Shown here one piece after another: positions 1 through 12,555 of a DNA stretch of 64,000 nucleotides. Numbering within the stretch: position 1 is the first letter of the stretch; each line of letters opens with the position of its first letter. The stretch is taken from assembly GCA_900088475.1 (NCBI GenBank), contig FLMG01000549.1, positions 1-64,000 of the forward strand, written 5' to 3'. This stretch comes from Hyphochytrium catenoides. Its lineage: Eukaryota > Protista > Hyphochytriomycota. Made by a program: the position numbers and the translations under genes. Below the pieces are notes generated by a model. That model searched no databases. It saw only the letters and a list, made by a program, of their open reading frames with translations, and had not been told where the DNA came from.

Positions 1-200
1 CTCTCTCTTTCTCTTTCTCTGTCTCTCTCTGTTCCTCCCTCTCCTTTCTTCCCCACCTACAATCACCTCTAGCCCTCCCCTCTCCCTGCGTCTCTCATTC
101 TCTTTCTCTCTCAACATTCCCTCTCTTCGCCCTCTCCCTCGCTCTGTTTCGCGCTCTGTATCTCTCTTATAATCTCTCCTGTCTGTATGTCTGGCTAGAC
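1..200. repeat. CT-rich low-complexity/microsatellite tract
   Basis: Near-pure (CT)n/(CTCTT)n pyrimidine run at the window start; possibly part of a 5'-UTR intron of UNC119. Confidence 0.85.
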
Positions 201-633
201 CCGTCAATGTCGTACAGTCCATACTGAATTCTCCTCATTCTTCCTCCTCAGCACTTGTCGGTTGTACAAGTACAACGAGTAGCGCAACCAGCACCCCGCT
301 GCTCGCTCGCGGACTGCTGAGAGTAAAGAGACTACTAGCAGCTAGCCGATATCCTTGGACATCAGCACAATCTATCCGTTGTCATCAGGCTCACACCTAG
401 CTATTAGATAGCTTACTGAACCATAATCAGAAGCGGCACTACTAGGTGCTGAGGAGCTTTAAGCATCCGTCCAATCCTGATACCTACAATCGACGGAACC
501 AGCGGATCGCAGCAAATGAGATAGACCTTGCGCAACTCTTGATCGTCTCGCCGTGCGAAGATTGTCATCTTTAGGAGAACCTAGTCGGCTTCCCAGGCTT
601 TGGAACGGGCTTCAGCTCGCAGAGAATAGTGCA

Positions 634-1888
634 ATGCCGAAGGCGAATGAGTTGATCACTCCCCAGGACGTACTGGACCTGGAAGCTCCCACAGACGGTA
701 CGCATCGCTGCACTCGGTATGAAAGGACAGAATACTGACGTGGGTTCTGTGTCCATCCTAGACTTTCTTTGCCCGCTGACAGCAAATATCTATAACCTAA
801 CCTTCCTGAATTTTGAGATCATCAACTATGAGACCAAGAAAGTGATATTCGAGGTAGAGTTACCCTTTACTGCAGAGCACCATTGCACTAAGATGTTCTC
901 TGTGACTGACGGACTTTGCAATCTAGATTGGTAGGAACACGACCAGGCAACAAATTGACCTCGCGAAGCTCGCAATGATGGACGAGAAGAGCTTGCGCAC
1001 TATAAACTACGAGTTTCCTGAAGAGTTTCTTCGCCTCCCAACGGTGCAGACTAGGTATTGTGCCACGAAAGAGCCACGGAGCGTAGTCCGTACTGACGCT
1101 TGCTACCAGCTTAATGTTTTCCGTAGGTAACAAGGAAGTCCATAACTTCAGGATGATTGAGCGGCACTACTTCAGAGACGAACTCATCAAGAGCTACGAC
1201 TTCAAGTTTGGCTTCTGCATCCCAAACAGCACTAACACTTGGGATGCGGTCTACGACCTCCCTCCCCTAGAGGAGCACATCAGTACGTCTCTTTTTTATG
1301 CCGCCACCATACCTACTACCATCAAACCCTTTTTGTCGGTGTCGCTGTCCTGGGGCTCGAACATCATCTTTATCCTTGCCTAGTTGTTTGTTTACTAGCT
1401 TGCTTACAATTTGTCTCTTGCACCGCCAGCCGCCATTGTCACCCCCGTATGCTAACTTCTTCACTCCTCTTCTTATCGTTCTATTTAACTGAAGTTTTCC
1501 TCTCTCTTTCTCATCTCACGCCATTGGGATTTCCCTACGACTCTAACTAACCGCTTATCCTAGTCCAGAATATGATCGACCACCCTTATGAGACCACATC
1601 GGACACCTTCTACTTTGCGGACAATAAGCTCATCATGCACAATAAGGCCAGATATAAGTACTTGCCCACTGCAGAGGCCCAGGCTAAGGATTCACCAACT
1701 AGCAGCAAGAAGCAAAGACCTGCTAAGGGACAGAAAGGTCTTGCCATCCCTGTCATGCTTTTCTTAATCAGGAACTGACTCGTGCTCTTGCAGGCTCTAA
1801 AGATGATGACGATGACGACGATGATGACGATGCCAAGGGAGCAAAGCAGCGTGATCACAAGTGGTCAAAGGAGGAGGACTACAAATGA
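634..1888 (+). CDS. UNC119: UNC119 homolog (myristoyl-cargo carrier, GMP_PDE_delta fold), 6 exons
   Basis: Spliced through GT-AG introns: [122 protein letters not shown]. These are UNC119 signature motifs. Acidic tail, stop TGA at 1886-1888. Confidence 0.95.
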
Positions 1889-2780
1889 ACACGATAGAAG
1901 AAAGATAGCACTATCAAGACAGAGAACGCCGTTTCACCTAAAAAATCGCTTTGAAGCGGTGAACGTATGATTCAGGCCTATCAACTATTATAAGATAACG
2001 CACTTGAGCTTCCAAGCTTCCCTAGCCTTCTCCTGAAGCGGTTGTCGGTCTTTCACCTCTGCAAGGCCCTTCGGGAACCTCTTCTAGGATTCGTCACCGA
2101 ACAGAAGTGTCTCCATGCGTTATAAAAAGCTCTCTTCTCTTCCATGTGGAAGATGAGTGGAACATAGGTACACCACCCCATACGCTTACGGGTTGCCGTC
2201 TATTGCTAGCCACACCGCCAGCTGCCTTTCGTCCTGATGAGCAGGCAGATTGTGAACTATCTAACAAGGAGGACCAAGGTTGGAACTTGGTTCCGCGACC
2301 AGAAGAGAGCAGAGAACAATACGGCTGATGGGGATGCATGCTACCACACCCACAAAACGTCCTTCTATGAGGTCCTGGATAAAGCCATAGAGATAGTCAC
2401 AGTATGGTCCACCTCAGAGGTTCTTGCATCGTTTAATGTCTCACAGGCTCTGATTTCGCACAGAAACATCAGCTCCTGCTCCTCCTCATCCTGTTCAGGG
2501 CACTGTTCACCAGTTTCGGGCCACACATAGGTTGTCCCAGCCGAAGGCAGAGCACCATCTTTATTCCCAGATACGCCTATCACCTCGCTTCAAAGGCGTG
2601 TCTGCTGGTGCTTTAAAAGGCTGACAGCGGTGGACGGCCATTTGTGGCAACGGTCATTTGCCGCAAAGAAGTCGTCGTAGGCAGAGCTTTCAAAGAGCGA
2701 CTCACTACCATTGGAGGATTAGGGGCTACTAGAGGCTATTGCGGTTCAAAGGGACAGAGATAGACTCTGGGGTCGTAGCT

Positions 2781-4667
2781 ATGCACCGGCGGGCAATCAG
2801 TGCATTATGGAAGCCTACAAGGGCGCGCCTGCCGCCAATTGCGTGGGTGGCCGCGTTCACCGCATCTTACAGCCTACAGACCTCGTTGCTCAAAGAGGAG
2901 TCCCCGTCGGTGCTTAGGTGTGAGGGTGCTGCTGCGGAGGGCAAAGGGGATAGCAATAGCGCACGTACTTCTTCCGCAGAAGAAAAATCTACCAGGGCGG
3001 CTCAGGAGAGATCAGTTCCAGGCTGGGGGTGGAGTAAAGAGAAGGGTAAGCGGCACGGCAAGACTGATAAGTCGTTCTGGCTCTCCTCTACGCCCTTGTC
3101 TCAGAATCTCTGCTTGACTCGTCTCAACCTACTGTTACTGATACTCCGTTCTTCGTCATCCTAGTACTTGGTGAGAACGGCAACTATGTAGGCGTTTTCT
3201 TCACAAAGGACTCGGTCGCCACGCTGCGCCGCTCTCTCGGGCTCCCGGATCACCCGTACGAGAAGTCTGCGCCGCCTCATATCGTCCTTCATCCTCTCAA
3301 CACTCTGGTAGGTCCACCTTCGACATTAAACTTCTTCATCATCTTCCTTCCTGCAGGAACCGTAGCATATTCCTCTCCATGTGCAGAAGGATGAGCAGCC
3401 CTGGCCTACGTTCACCCTCCTTCTCGTTCGATCCTACTCATTGCCACTTGTCCACTATCTTCATCTGCCACGATGTTCACATGATTGCTCTTATCTACTC
3501 TTGTCTTCTGGATCCTGACTGTAGGAAGAAGGAAGCAAATTCTCGCATCTCTTTGGCAAGAAGGTAAAAATATCGCTTGATCTGGGTGAATGCCTAGAGA
3601 CGCCTACAGACGGGGAATCGGCCTCCCCCAAGGCATCAAGGCCCACTGAACTTGAAGGCATCATCGGCACAGCATTAAAGTAGGTATCGCCTCTCTATTG
3701 AACGAAGTCACGCCTCTATGCGCTTCGCTAGTAGCTGCTTCTCTGACAGGTCTCTCGTGTGCTCTGCCTCCTCTTCTCGGGTCCTCAAACTCTTGCTTTG
3801 GAACCCCATGTGTCGTCTGTTTTCCTGTCTATTATAAGGTAGAAGACAGGAATCTACAAATCTCTTAACTGCCTCTTATCTTTCGGTTCTAGCTTAGTGC
3901 TTGTCTCCGTGGCTCCATAAGCTGACCACATCGTGCTTTGCCTCTCAACTCTCCACTTCCTCCTCTTCATCCCCTAGCTATCACGCTGAGGAAGAGCGCT
4001 GTATGAGCGATGACCACGGCAGTTGTAGTATCTGCTGGTTGTATCAAGAGGGACCTTGTGGCAATATATTTCGAAAGTTTAAGGAGCGAACCAAAGCCTC
4101 CGAGTTCAAAGGGACCAATATGGGTAACGTGGCCCTCCGAAGCCCTTTTGCTTCATCCGTTGCGATATTGACAAGTTACCTCTGTCAACCATCCTTTATC
4201 GGTGTGCTTCATCTTCCTGTCTGGCACGCATTGCTTCTCTCGGAGACTCAGCATTCTGGCTCCTCCCTTTTGTTGTTCACTTATCCACGCCGTTCGCCTC
4301 GTTAGAGGAGCCCGACCGCTAACTTCATCTCTCTGTGCTTCCTCGGTGATGCTGGGGTTTTTGACCTGATTTGATTAAAAGCGAGTGATAACGGTAAGTC
4401 CCCGTGGCTCCTTGTCTATGGAAGCCGCTTACTAACAGCTTGCTCATTGCCCCGTTCCGTTGTTTCCCCCTGTCTTTGTTCGTAATCCTTCTATCCCCTG
4501 TAGCTGCTATGGAGGTGATAGCACAAGTGGCTGCATGCAGGGGAAGGCATAAGGAATATTATGAACAGAGGTTGAACTCATTTTCTTCAGCTGACGAAGA
4601 AGAGGAAGATGGAGAAGAGGAAGACAGAGAAGGGGAGGCAGGACCGGACGTTCCGAGGAACCAGTAG
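2781..4667 (+). CDS. Putative mitochondrial intermembrane-space protein: presequence + degenerate 2H-like segment + GCK/CHCH (Mia40-like) domain, 5 exons
   Basis: Arg-rich N-terminus MHRRAISALWKPTRARL, then LRCEG; exon YVGVFFTKDSVATL..PHIVLHP; C-terminal CSICWLYQEGPCGNIFRKFKER..AMEVIAQVAACRGRHKEYY with an acidic tail. Intron phases are consistent (last intron 4124-4503). Confidence 0.7.
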
Positions 4668-5135
4668 AAGTAAGCACTGCCTGCTCCGCCCTTGAAAGGT
4701 CTAGAAAAATATTGGAGAGAACGATAGTGCGCAAGATATGCTTCCTTGCATTAAGTTACACACTAGTTTACCTAGGTTGACTTTGAGCCTGCGCTACGTA
4801 ACCGGGAGAGGCAAGTAGGATGCGGTAGCCGGGAAAATGCACAGCAACCTACTGCAAAAGTATGACCTTCATGACTCTCCAGCGGCCCATACCCTATGGG
4901 CGTACAAGGGGCACGGGCGAGAGAAAGAAGCCGTACTCTCTTGTCTCACTTATGTTCAAGCATAGATTATGTTCGTTACCACCTGCCAAGCCATGTGCTC
5001 TCGTCATACAGGACGCAGGCATCGTCCGCACTCTGGCTCACGGCGGATGTTGCTCTATCCCGCTGTCGTATTATGCCGTTTACCAGGCATTGAATATTTG
5101 TCGCCCTTACCATTGCTTAGACTCATCTCGTAACT

Positions 5136-8100
5136 TTAGAGCATTAGCTCTTCTTCCTCTGCTACGAGCTGCTGCAGTCGATTTTCGACAAGCTCTTGCA
5201 GCACGGAAACCGCCCTCCAGATATATAGAGAGTGGGCAGGCTCAGCCTCAAAAATGAACAATCCTTGATCTGTCCCTTCTCCTTCTAAGTACCCGGCTCT
5301 AAGCAGTAAAAACTCTAAGATTGGCTCAGAACCATCCAGATTCTTGAAAAACGTTCCCGCCGTGCTAATTACCGTGTACTTGGGGTTTTCCGGCTGAGAT
5401 AGGAGGCCCCGGAAGACAGTAACCGCCACTCTGAGGCCACGAATGATCGTCGAAGGGCTCTCCCTCTCTATGAAAAATCGAAGGAAGTCATCTAGCTCTT
5501 TGTCAGTCTCCCTTCTCCACTCTTCCATTACTCTAGCAAGAAGCTCTTCGTTATTATATAGCTCTTGGAAGCAGCGAGTCAATCTTCGGCGCGGTGAGGG
5601 ATCAAAGGAAGTGGAGAAATCGGCATTTGAGTTGGCCCTAGAGCGTGCGTCATCGTAGAGAGAGAGATCTAAGGAATCAGCTCCTGAAGAAACCTTTCTT
5701 AGGAGGCGTCCCGGAGGCCCGGCCTCAGCCTCGTCCTTGCCTGGCTCTGATACTCGTTTGCTTGACGTTAATTCTGCGACCTCGTCAAGGTCCTGCCAGT
5801 CAGCAGCATCTTCTGGAGACTCTTCCTCGGCTTCGCCAACGTCATCCTGCTGAGGCAGCTCACGATATCCATCCGGCGTTATATTCAGAGAACCCGATCG
5901 TAGACCTATCAGTTCGTGGAGCTCCGCTAGTACATTTCTATGACCCTCTTTGTGAGCTGTGAGAGACGCAGCGTCTGCTACCGCCCTGACCTCTCTATAC
6001 CACGCATAAACTGCCCGTTCCATGGCGTCCTTGAGCTCCTCTTTGGACCGAGGCACATTGGGTTCTGCCAGATTCTGCCCAGTGATCTCTTGTAATCGAG
6101 ATTCTGCTGTTTCTGCCCGTTGTTTCAGTCTGTTTATCTCCTCCAACAGATTTTGTACCTCAGGAGTAGAGCTCTCCGAAGCAGCTGAAGAAACGGACAG
6201 GGTACGGGACAATGTTGCCTCAAGTTGGATGACCTCTACGCCAGTCTGGTTGGATAGCATGTAAGCACTCCTCATTGTAGCCCCATTAGGCTCCTCGTGT
6301 CCAGGGAGGGGCCCATTTGACGGCAGCTCAAACCCTGCTTCTGTTGCTGCCCGAGCAGCCTCTGCTGTAGCCTGAGCAGCTGCGGCGGTGTTCATAGAGA
6401 CACGACGCAGCGCTTCCGCAAATGTTGTTGCTGATGCCTCCTGTTTACCACGACGTCCTACAGTTTGGTTGTCCTTTTGCAGCTCTGTGTAAGAAAAGGA
6501 GGATGAATTTGTGAGCGGGTTGTGCTGCGCTGGAACAGGGAGCGGTAAACTCTTCTGTCGTCTAGTGGTTGGCGGAGCTCCCGCCATCTTAGAGGGAGGC
6601 TTAGGAAGTGGATAGTGAAGCATGGAACGCGCGTTGGAGTTCATGCCCTCTCTCCCTCGCTGCCCAGAAGATGTAGAGGACGAAGACGTTAAACTGCGAA
6701 GAAGCGGTTTGGGAGAGCTATCCGCTCTTTCCTGTCCGGCGCTATTATTGCTAAAAGTGCGGTTGCTCCGACCCTGAGGCGACGGGGCGCTATGCTGAAA
6801 GATTGGTAGAGGTCATGCATTAGTGGAATATTAGAAGACTCGGAAAAGAGTAGAATCAAAGCACGAAGGTCTCCCACGCTGATGTGTCCTTTCTTACAGT
6901 TACCAAGAAACATGATGGCGGCAGAACGGGCAAGTGGGAGAGAAGAGGGAGGAGAAAGAGGAAGTGCAAGAGGAAGAGAAGGCTAGACAAGGCAAGGGAA
7001 CGGTAAGAGGAAGAGAAAAGGTTGGAGGGCGACTGAAGAATGGAAAAAAAAGATAGTAGAGACACAGAGGAAATTCGAACGGCATCCAAGAACATACTTA
7101 CAGTGGTCAGTGCTCTCCGACTTGTGTCCTGTTTCTGCGATACCAGCATGAATTTCGATTCCTTCTGCTCCACTAAACGTACCGCTGGGCTAGCGTTCAG
7201 GAGACGAAGATTCTCGTGCACAAGGTCACTCATTGAAGAATTGGTGAACTTCTGACTGCTTCTCTCCTCTTCGAATTTCTTCTTGGCCTCCTCTCTCACC
7301 TTTGGCAATAAGAAGGTTAGTCCCGCATGTCCTGCTACTTCCACGTTAAGGGACGCCAGACCATCCTCTCTAGCTCTTACGAGCTGCCTGGATTGTAATC
7401 CCCAATCGATTGTCATCGTTAACTCACCTTCAGGACACAACGAGTGCAGACCCGTACTCTGGTCAAACCCACTGCTTGAATTTGAATCTCTCTAGCGGGT
7501 GCGCAAGGGGCACAGACGACTTCGCCACACACTCGACAGTGATGCTTGAGCCGCAATGGTGTGAACGGACGAAGACAAAGGGCGCAGCCCATCCTCAGAT
7601 CGCTAGGTATCCACCTTGACTTGTCTATAAATTTGCAACCACGTAGTCGGCGACGCTCAATCACGGCCGGGATATCTGCAACACTGGCAACTTTTTGTCT
7701 CAGGGCGGACTCTACCGCTCCAAACGATGAAGGATCACCTGGGAGTATTTACCAAGAGAGCGTTCCAATTATGAGGGGAAGTGGTTAGGACGAAGTTTAT
7801 GACGACAGTCCCGCATGGGAGCTGTCATAAGGGAATAGAAGGAAGGCATGACAGGAAGCCACCAACGCTCCGCAAGCTCTTGACAAACCCCAACAAACTC
7901 TGGTCATGCTGAATTGTGATGTGCCGTGAGCTATGAGCCGATGTCCAACGCATGCTCTAACATCAAGGCAAAACTACCGTGGTCACACAGCAAGCGAGAA
8001 AAAGAGAGAAGAAGGCCCGAGTGATGCGACATACCAACCGCTGGCTCCTGGCATATGTATATAACCTCAATTGCATCCTTCCTTTTGGCAGGTCTGAGTA

Positions 8101-9468
8101 TAAACCCGTTGAGACCCATTTGATAACGATTCAGCTGCAGCTCAATATCCAGCCAGCTCAACTCTGAGCGAGGAATGGATTCCAAGGCAATGACTGCGGT
8201 GAGCGAGCGATCAAAGACGCTACCGCGCTCCATAACGTTGCAATACTGGTAAACAAGAGGTCGAAGTGAGGGATATTAAGGGTAGAACTAAACATATTGA
8301 GGAGGACAGCAGAGAACTTACAATGACTTCATTAGCTATGCGCTAGAAGTACGAAGCGAAAAGGATGAGCTATACAAAGGACAGCAAGGATATTCGTGCA
8401 CTGCGGAAGGGGCGATCAAGGAAAAGACAATATCGTGAAAGGCATTTCTCAAAAGAGCATTGAGCTATCAGCAGCCGCGATGTGTGGAGCTTTTAGGCTT
8501 ACCTCTAGATAGACGTTATCTCTCACTGTTTTCTGTGTGCCCTTTATGGACTCAAACCCTGCCCACTTAAGGGCAAGAGACTGGAAGATATTGTTTGGTG
8601 TTGCTTGATCAATCACCTGCAAAATGTCGCATCAGCAGAACGAAGGTAATCCCAACAGAGCTATAGAGGTGAAAGGTACTGGACCCTTGCAATGCGAGCC
8701 GACCCAAGGCAACCACAATGGATGTTAATAGTTTTCAAGCCCTTCAGCTCACAGTCCTTTTGTCCGTGTCTCTCTCCTTTCTGTCTCTACCATCCCTTCC
8801 ACATTGGTCGCGTTGTCACTCGATGAGGCTGCTCCTTCCCAATACCTTGAGACAGCTTCCCCTCGTAAACTCCGGGTACAAGCTCTTCATGTTCTTTCTG
8901 AAGTCCTCGGACAAGTACGACACAAGCAAATCCACCAGCTCAAAGAGTTCGGCGTTGACCTCCACGCTACCCTTGAAGAGTATGCAGGCCGCGCCTGAGC
9001 CATTATTAGACGATTGAATCGGACCAAAGAGCTCCGACGGACAGAAGGCCTTTGAGATTGTGACGGATTTTTTCTCCTGCATGCGTCGTGCAATGTATTA
9101 GTGAGAGAACTAGTAGTGAAAGGAATTCCGTTGGGGCAATGTCGGAAGTGCAGAAGCATGGCCATAGAAGACTAGAGCAATGCCTACGATCAAGGTACGG
9201 GATCGCTTGAAAGCCAGGGAGTAAGGAGGTCCTTTGCTAATGACACTTCAGAAAGTGAGGTAGCGATCATAGTTTGGTCGTGTTACGAGTGACAGAAGAC
9301 GGGACAAACCTCTACAAAGTTCCACTGAATAAGAGGACTGCTGTTATCGCAGAGGCCCATCAAGTCTTGAGCTTTGCCCTCCATTAGACTTCGATAGCGC
9401 CTTTCCTCACTGCTGGTTAGCTCCACCACCAAAGGCCCCTTGGAGCCTTTGCTTACAATTGGCGCCAT
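5136..9468 (-). CDS. START-like + FYVE zinc finger + coiled coil + C-terminal PUB domain protein (multi-exon)
   Basis: Exons give a START-like domain (LALKWAGFES..RDNVYLEY) and a FYVE finger (WIPSDLRMGCALC..KHHCRVCGEVVCAPC..RVCTRC). An in-frame splice (ALTT|HSAPSPQG..REGMNSNARS) joins the 5136-6644 ORF, which ends in a PUB-like segment (VTVFRGLLSQPENPKYTVISTAGTFF..EFLLLRAGY). Confidence 0.8.
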
Positions 9469-10674
9469 AGTAAGGTCGAAGACTAGGACGCCAATATGAA
9501 GTACAGAGAATCAGGTGCTGCTCGCCGACTGAGAACTGGAGCGATGGCTACCGGTATGCAAGACCCACAAAGAGGTGACTCCGTACACCGCTTAGCCCTC
9601 GCTCATTGATTCCACGGGGCACGGTTTCTTCAAGGGGCTTGCACAGGCAATAAGGAGAGATTTACAAGCCCTGAGGCAGATCCTGGACAGTACGACTGAT
9701 CAAAGTCTACCCCTTGAAAACACTCCTGGCAGTGGCGCCCTCTCTGCTCATCGGACCTCTATTTACCAAGACCTGGTTAGAGCGATGTGACGATGCGTCG
9801 ATGGTTGTTTGGGTGTGGTGCCGCTCTAACTGCCTCTGAGGATTGTACGGAAGGAGGGTCAAGGAAAGGGCAACGATCCTGCTGAACGGGTGCAGGTGTG
9901 GAGATGATAGATGCAGCAATCCCTTTCCTCTTGATATCTCTCTTCTCTCTCACTCCCTGCCTCCCTCCTTCCTCCCTCCTCGATGTTCACTTCCCATTGC
10001 TGCAGCACGGCAGTGATGGTGAGGTTACATCGTGAGGAAGGCAGCTGGGCATTGAGCTTTGTCAGGGAAAGAACACTTCCTAGTGTGCGCGGCTCTCCCT
10101 CCATCTTCTGTGTGGAGCAAGTGGGCGCCATGAGGAGACAGAGAGAGACAGAGCAACAGGAATGGGGCGAGAGAGACGTGTGAGAAAGACAGGCAAAAGA
10201 GAATCTGGGAGAATGGACCTCAGGTGAAGACACAGAGCGAGCGTTTATAGCCTTTTATATCCTTCAGAGATGTGGAGGGAGATAGAGGATGATGAGAGAC
10301 AGAGTGCCCAAGAGGTAGGGAAGCGGCAAGGAGATCTCAAAGAAGCTTCAAGGTGAGAAGCCACAAAAAGGTTCAGTCCCCCTCCACCTGCCTGTCACAT
10401 TTCTTGTCGATCGTTCTCAGCCTTCTAACACTAATGTCTATACAATTGTAAGCGGCCGCAACCCATACAAAGTCTGTTAGCTTGACCGTTTTATTGTGGA
10501 GTGAAGGTTCTTCTCCTGGGGGAGGTTTCAGCAGTTGTGTCCTGGAGGAGACCTGTAGCAGGTAAGAAGGATGAGGAGGAGGAGGAAGTAAATGAAGGAG
10601 AGTGTTAGGGCTCTCAAAGCAAGCTATCATTATTCAATCCTTTTGCTTTGTTATAGTGCCGTGCCTAGAGGAGG

Positions 10675-12555
10675 TCAAGGGGCAGTGGCCTGGACCTGCT
10701 GGACAGCTCGACGCTTGAAGCGGATGGTAGGGTGTCCTTGCGGACCAACTACCATAGAGGTATAGTCATGCTCGGGAAGCTTGTCCTCACCCTTTTCCAT
10801 GTCGAGCTTCTGCAAGAGAGACACCAAGACAGTCTTCAGTTGCAAGTATGCATACTGTTGTCCCACGCAAGCATGCATGCCACCGCCGAAGCCAATGAAC
10901 GTGAAGGGCTTCTTGTCCTCCTCTCTGTCTGGTCCAAAGCGATCCGGATCAAATATCTCAGAGTCCTTGAACTCAGGGGCTACCCTGCCCCCAACAGCTG
11001 GAGATACACCCACAAGATGTCCAGCGGGAATTACCATGTCCTTGTAGTAGAGATCCTTCCTTACCCGGCGAAAGAGAAAGATGAGTGGAGGGTGCATCCG
11101 CAGAGTCTCTTTGATGCAGCGATGAAGGTACTGCAGCTTGCCGAGGTCTTCGTACGTGACTGGGCGGTCTCCCACCACTTCTGCAACCTCCTTCCTAGCC
11201 TTCTCCAAGGCACCAGGGCTGTCCAGTATGTGTAGCAAAGTCCAGATCGCAGTGGTGGAGCTCGTGTGCTGTCCCGCAAAGAGCAGCGCGATCATAAGTC
11301 CCGCGACGTGCGAAGGCGGAATTGGCTCCTTTGTGTCCTTATATGTTGCATCCAAAAAGGTCTGCAGAATATCCTCTTTCTTGACTCCCTCCTCTCGCCG
11401 CTTCGCGATGACATTAGCAAAAAGCTTTGTGAGCTCCTCACGCGCTCTGTCTCGCTTCTTGTGGAGCGGAATAGGTAAGTACGGGAAGAAGACTCCAACA
11501 GGTGTGCACCCATTGTCAAGGTCATGGTAGAGAGAGGTGACCTCATCGTAAAGGCTCTCCCTAATCTCGTCGCCCATCAGAGCACGTGCTGCACAATTCA
11601 TGACCAGCTCGACAAGGAACTCCTTGAGATCCAGGGTGCCTTCTTCCGGTAACGTCTCTACATGGGCCAAGGTCTCCCCAATGATCTTGTCCACATAGGT
11701 CTTCATCCTGCTATTACGAAGACCCGTTGCCATTATTTGCATCTAGAAACGAATGCGCACGACCGTCGGTGGGTCAGTCATTATCAATGAATACGCTATA
11801 CACAGCAAGATAGGACCTCAAAAGTCGGACTAGGGCGTAATGCAAAGCAAATAAGGATTAGCAGAGCGCAAGAGCTACTTAGGCAACGGCAAGTTTTGAA
11901 GCTTGGCCAAAGGTAACGGTAGCACATTTTCTACCCACGAAAGAAGCATAGGCAGATAACAGAGCTTTTTACCTGCTGTAGCCTCCGTTTTAGGGGCGCA
12001 TCAAAAACGATGCCCTCGCCAAAGACCGGCGTCATAAACTTGTAGGGGTCCCCTTGGTCCAGCTCTTCGTCCGTCGCTCTGAACGCAACCGCCTGCGCTT
12101 CCGGACCCACAAGGAAAGTAATCTTCTCAAAAGCAAAGTCAAGCGTGAAGATATCCCCGTACGCATAGTACACTGTGATTCAAAAAGAACAAAATCGGGA
12201 GTCCCATAGGGCGAGTTATAGTGGTTAGATACTCACCCTGGAGAGTTGAAACAGCTCAGAAATGTGTCAGTGTCTTACGTTCTGTTATGTAGCCCACTGG
12301 TGATCGGCAGAAGTTTAGAAAGGTGCCCAAATACGGGATGGTAGTATGTACAACGGGGGGGAGCTTCCCTTGCACCTTACGCCCACGCATCATCACGCTC
12401 ATAAGCACCGCCACAGCAGCCACCACGAGGACGGTGACAATAATAGGGCGAAAGTTCTCAGCGAAGATTAGGGAAGCATCCGCAAATACATTCTCGATTA
12501 CCGTCCGCATGGTCTCCGAAGAGATAAGGATCGCAACAGAGAGGATCAGCATCAT
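10675..12555 (-). CDS. CYP51: Sterol 14-alpha-demethylase (cytochrome P450 CYP51), 3 exons; start uncertain
   Basis: YKFMTPVFGEGIVFDA (SRS1), I-helix ALLFAGQHTSSTT, KETLR (ExxR), heme motif FGGGMHACVG, and an N-terminal membrane anchor followed by LPP. Confidence 0.96.

Noticed and set aside
1983-2712. Small minus-strand gene between UNC119 and the GCK gene
   Set aside because: Exon-like pieces exist, but there is no consistent start, one frame has an in-frame TGA, and there is no recognisable homology.
10732-11530. Antisense ORFs over CYP51 (and similar ones over the PUB exon, TSAUCER and the sirtuin)
   Set aside because: Shadow ORFs of strongly supported genes, with no motifs of their own.
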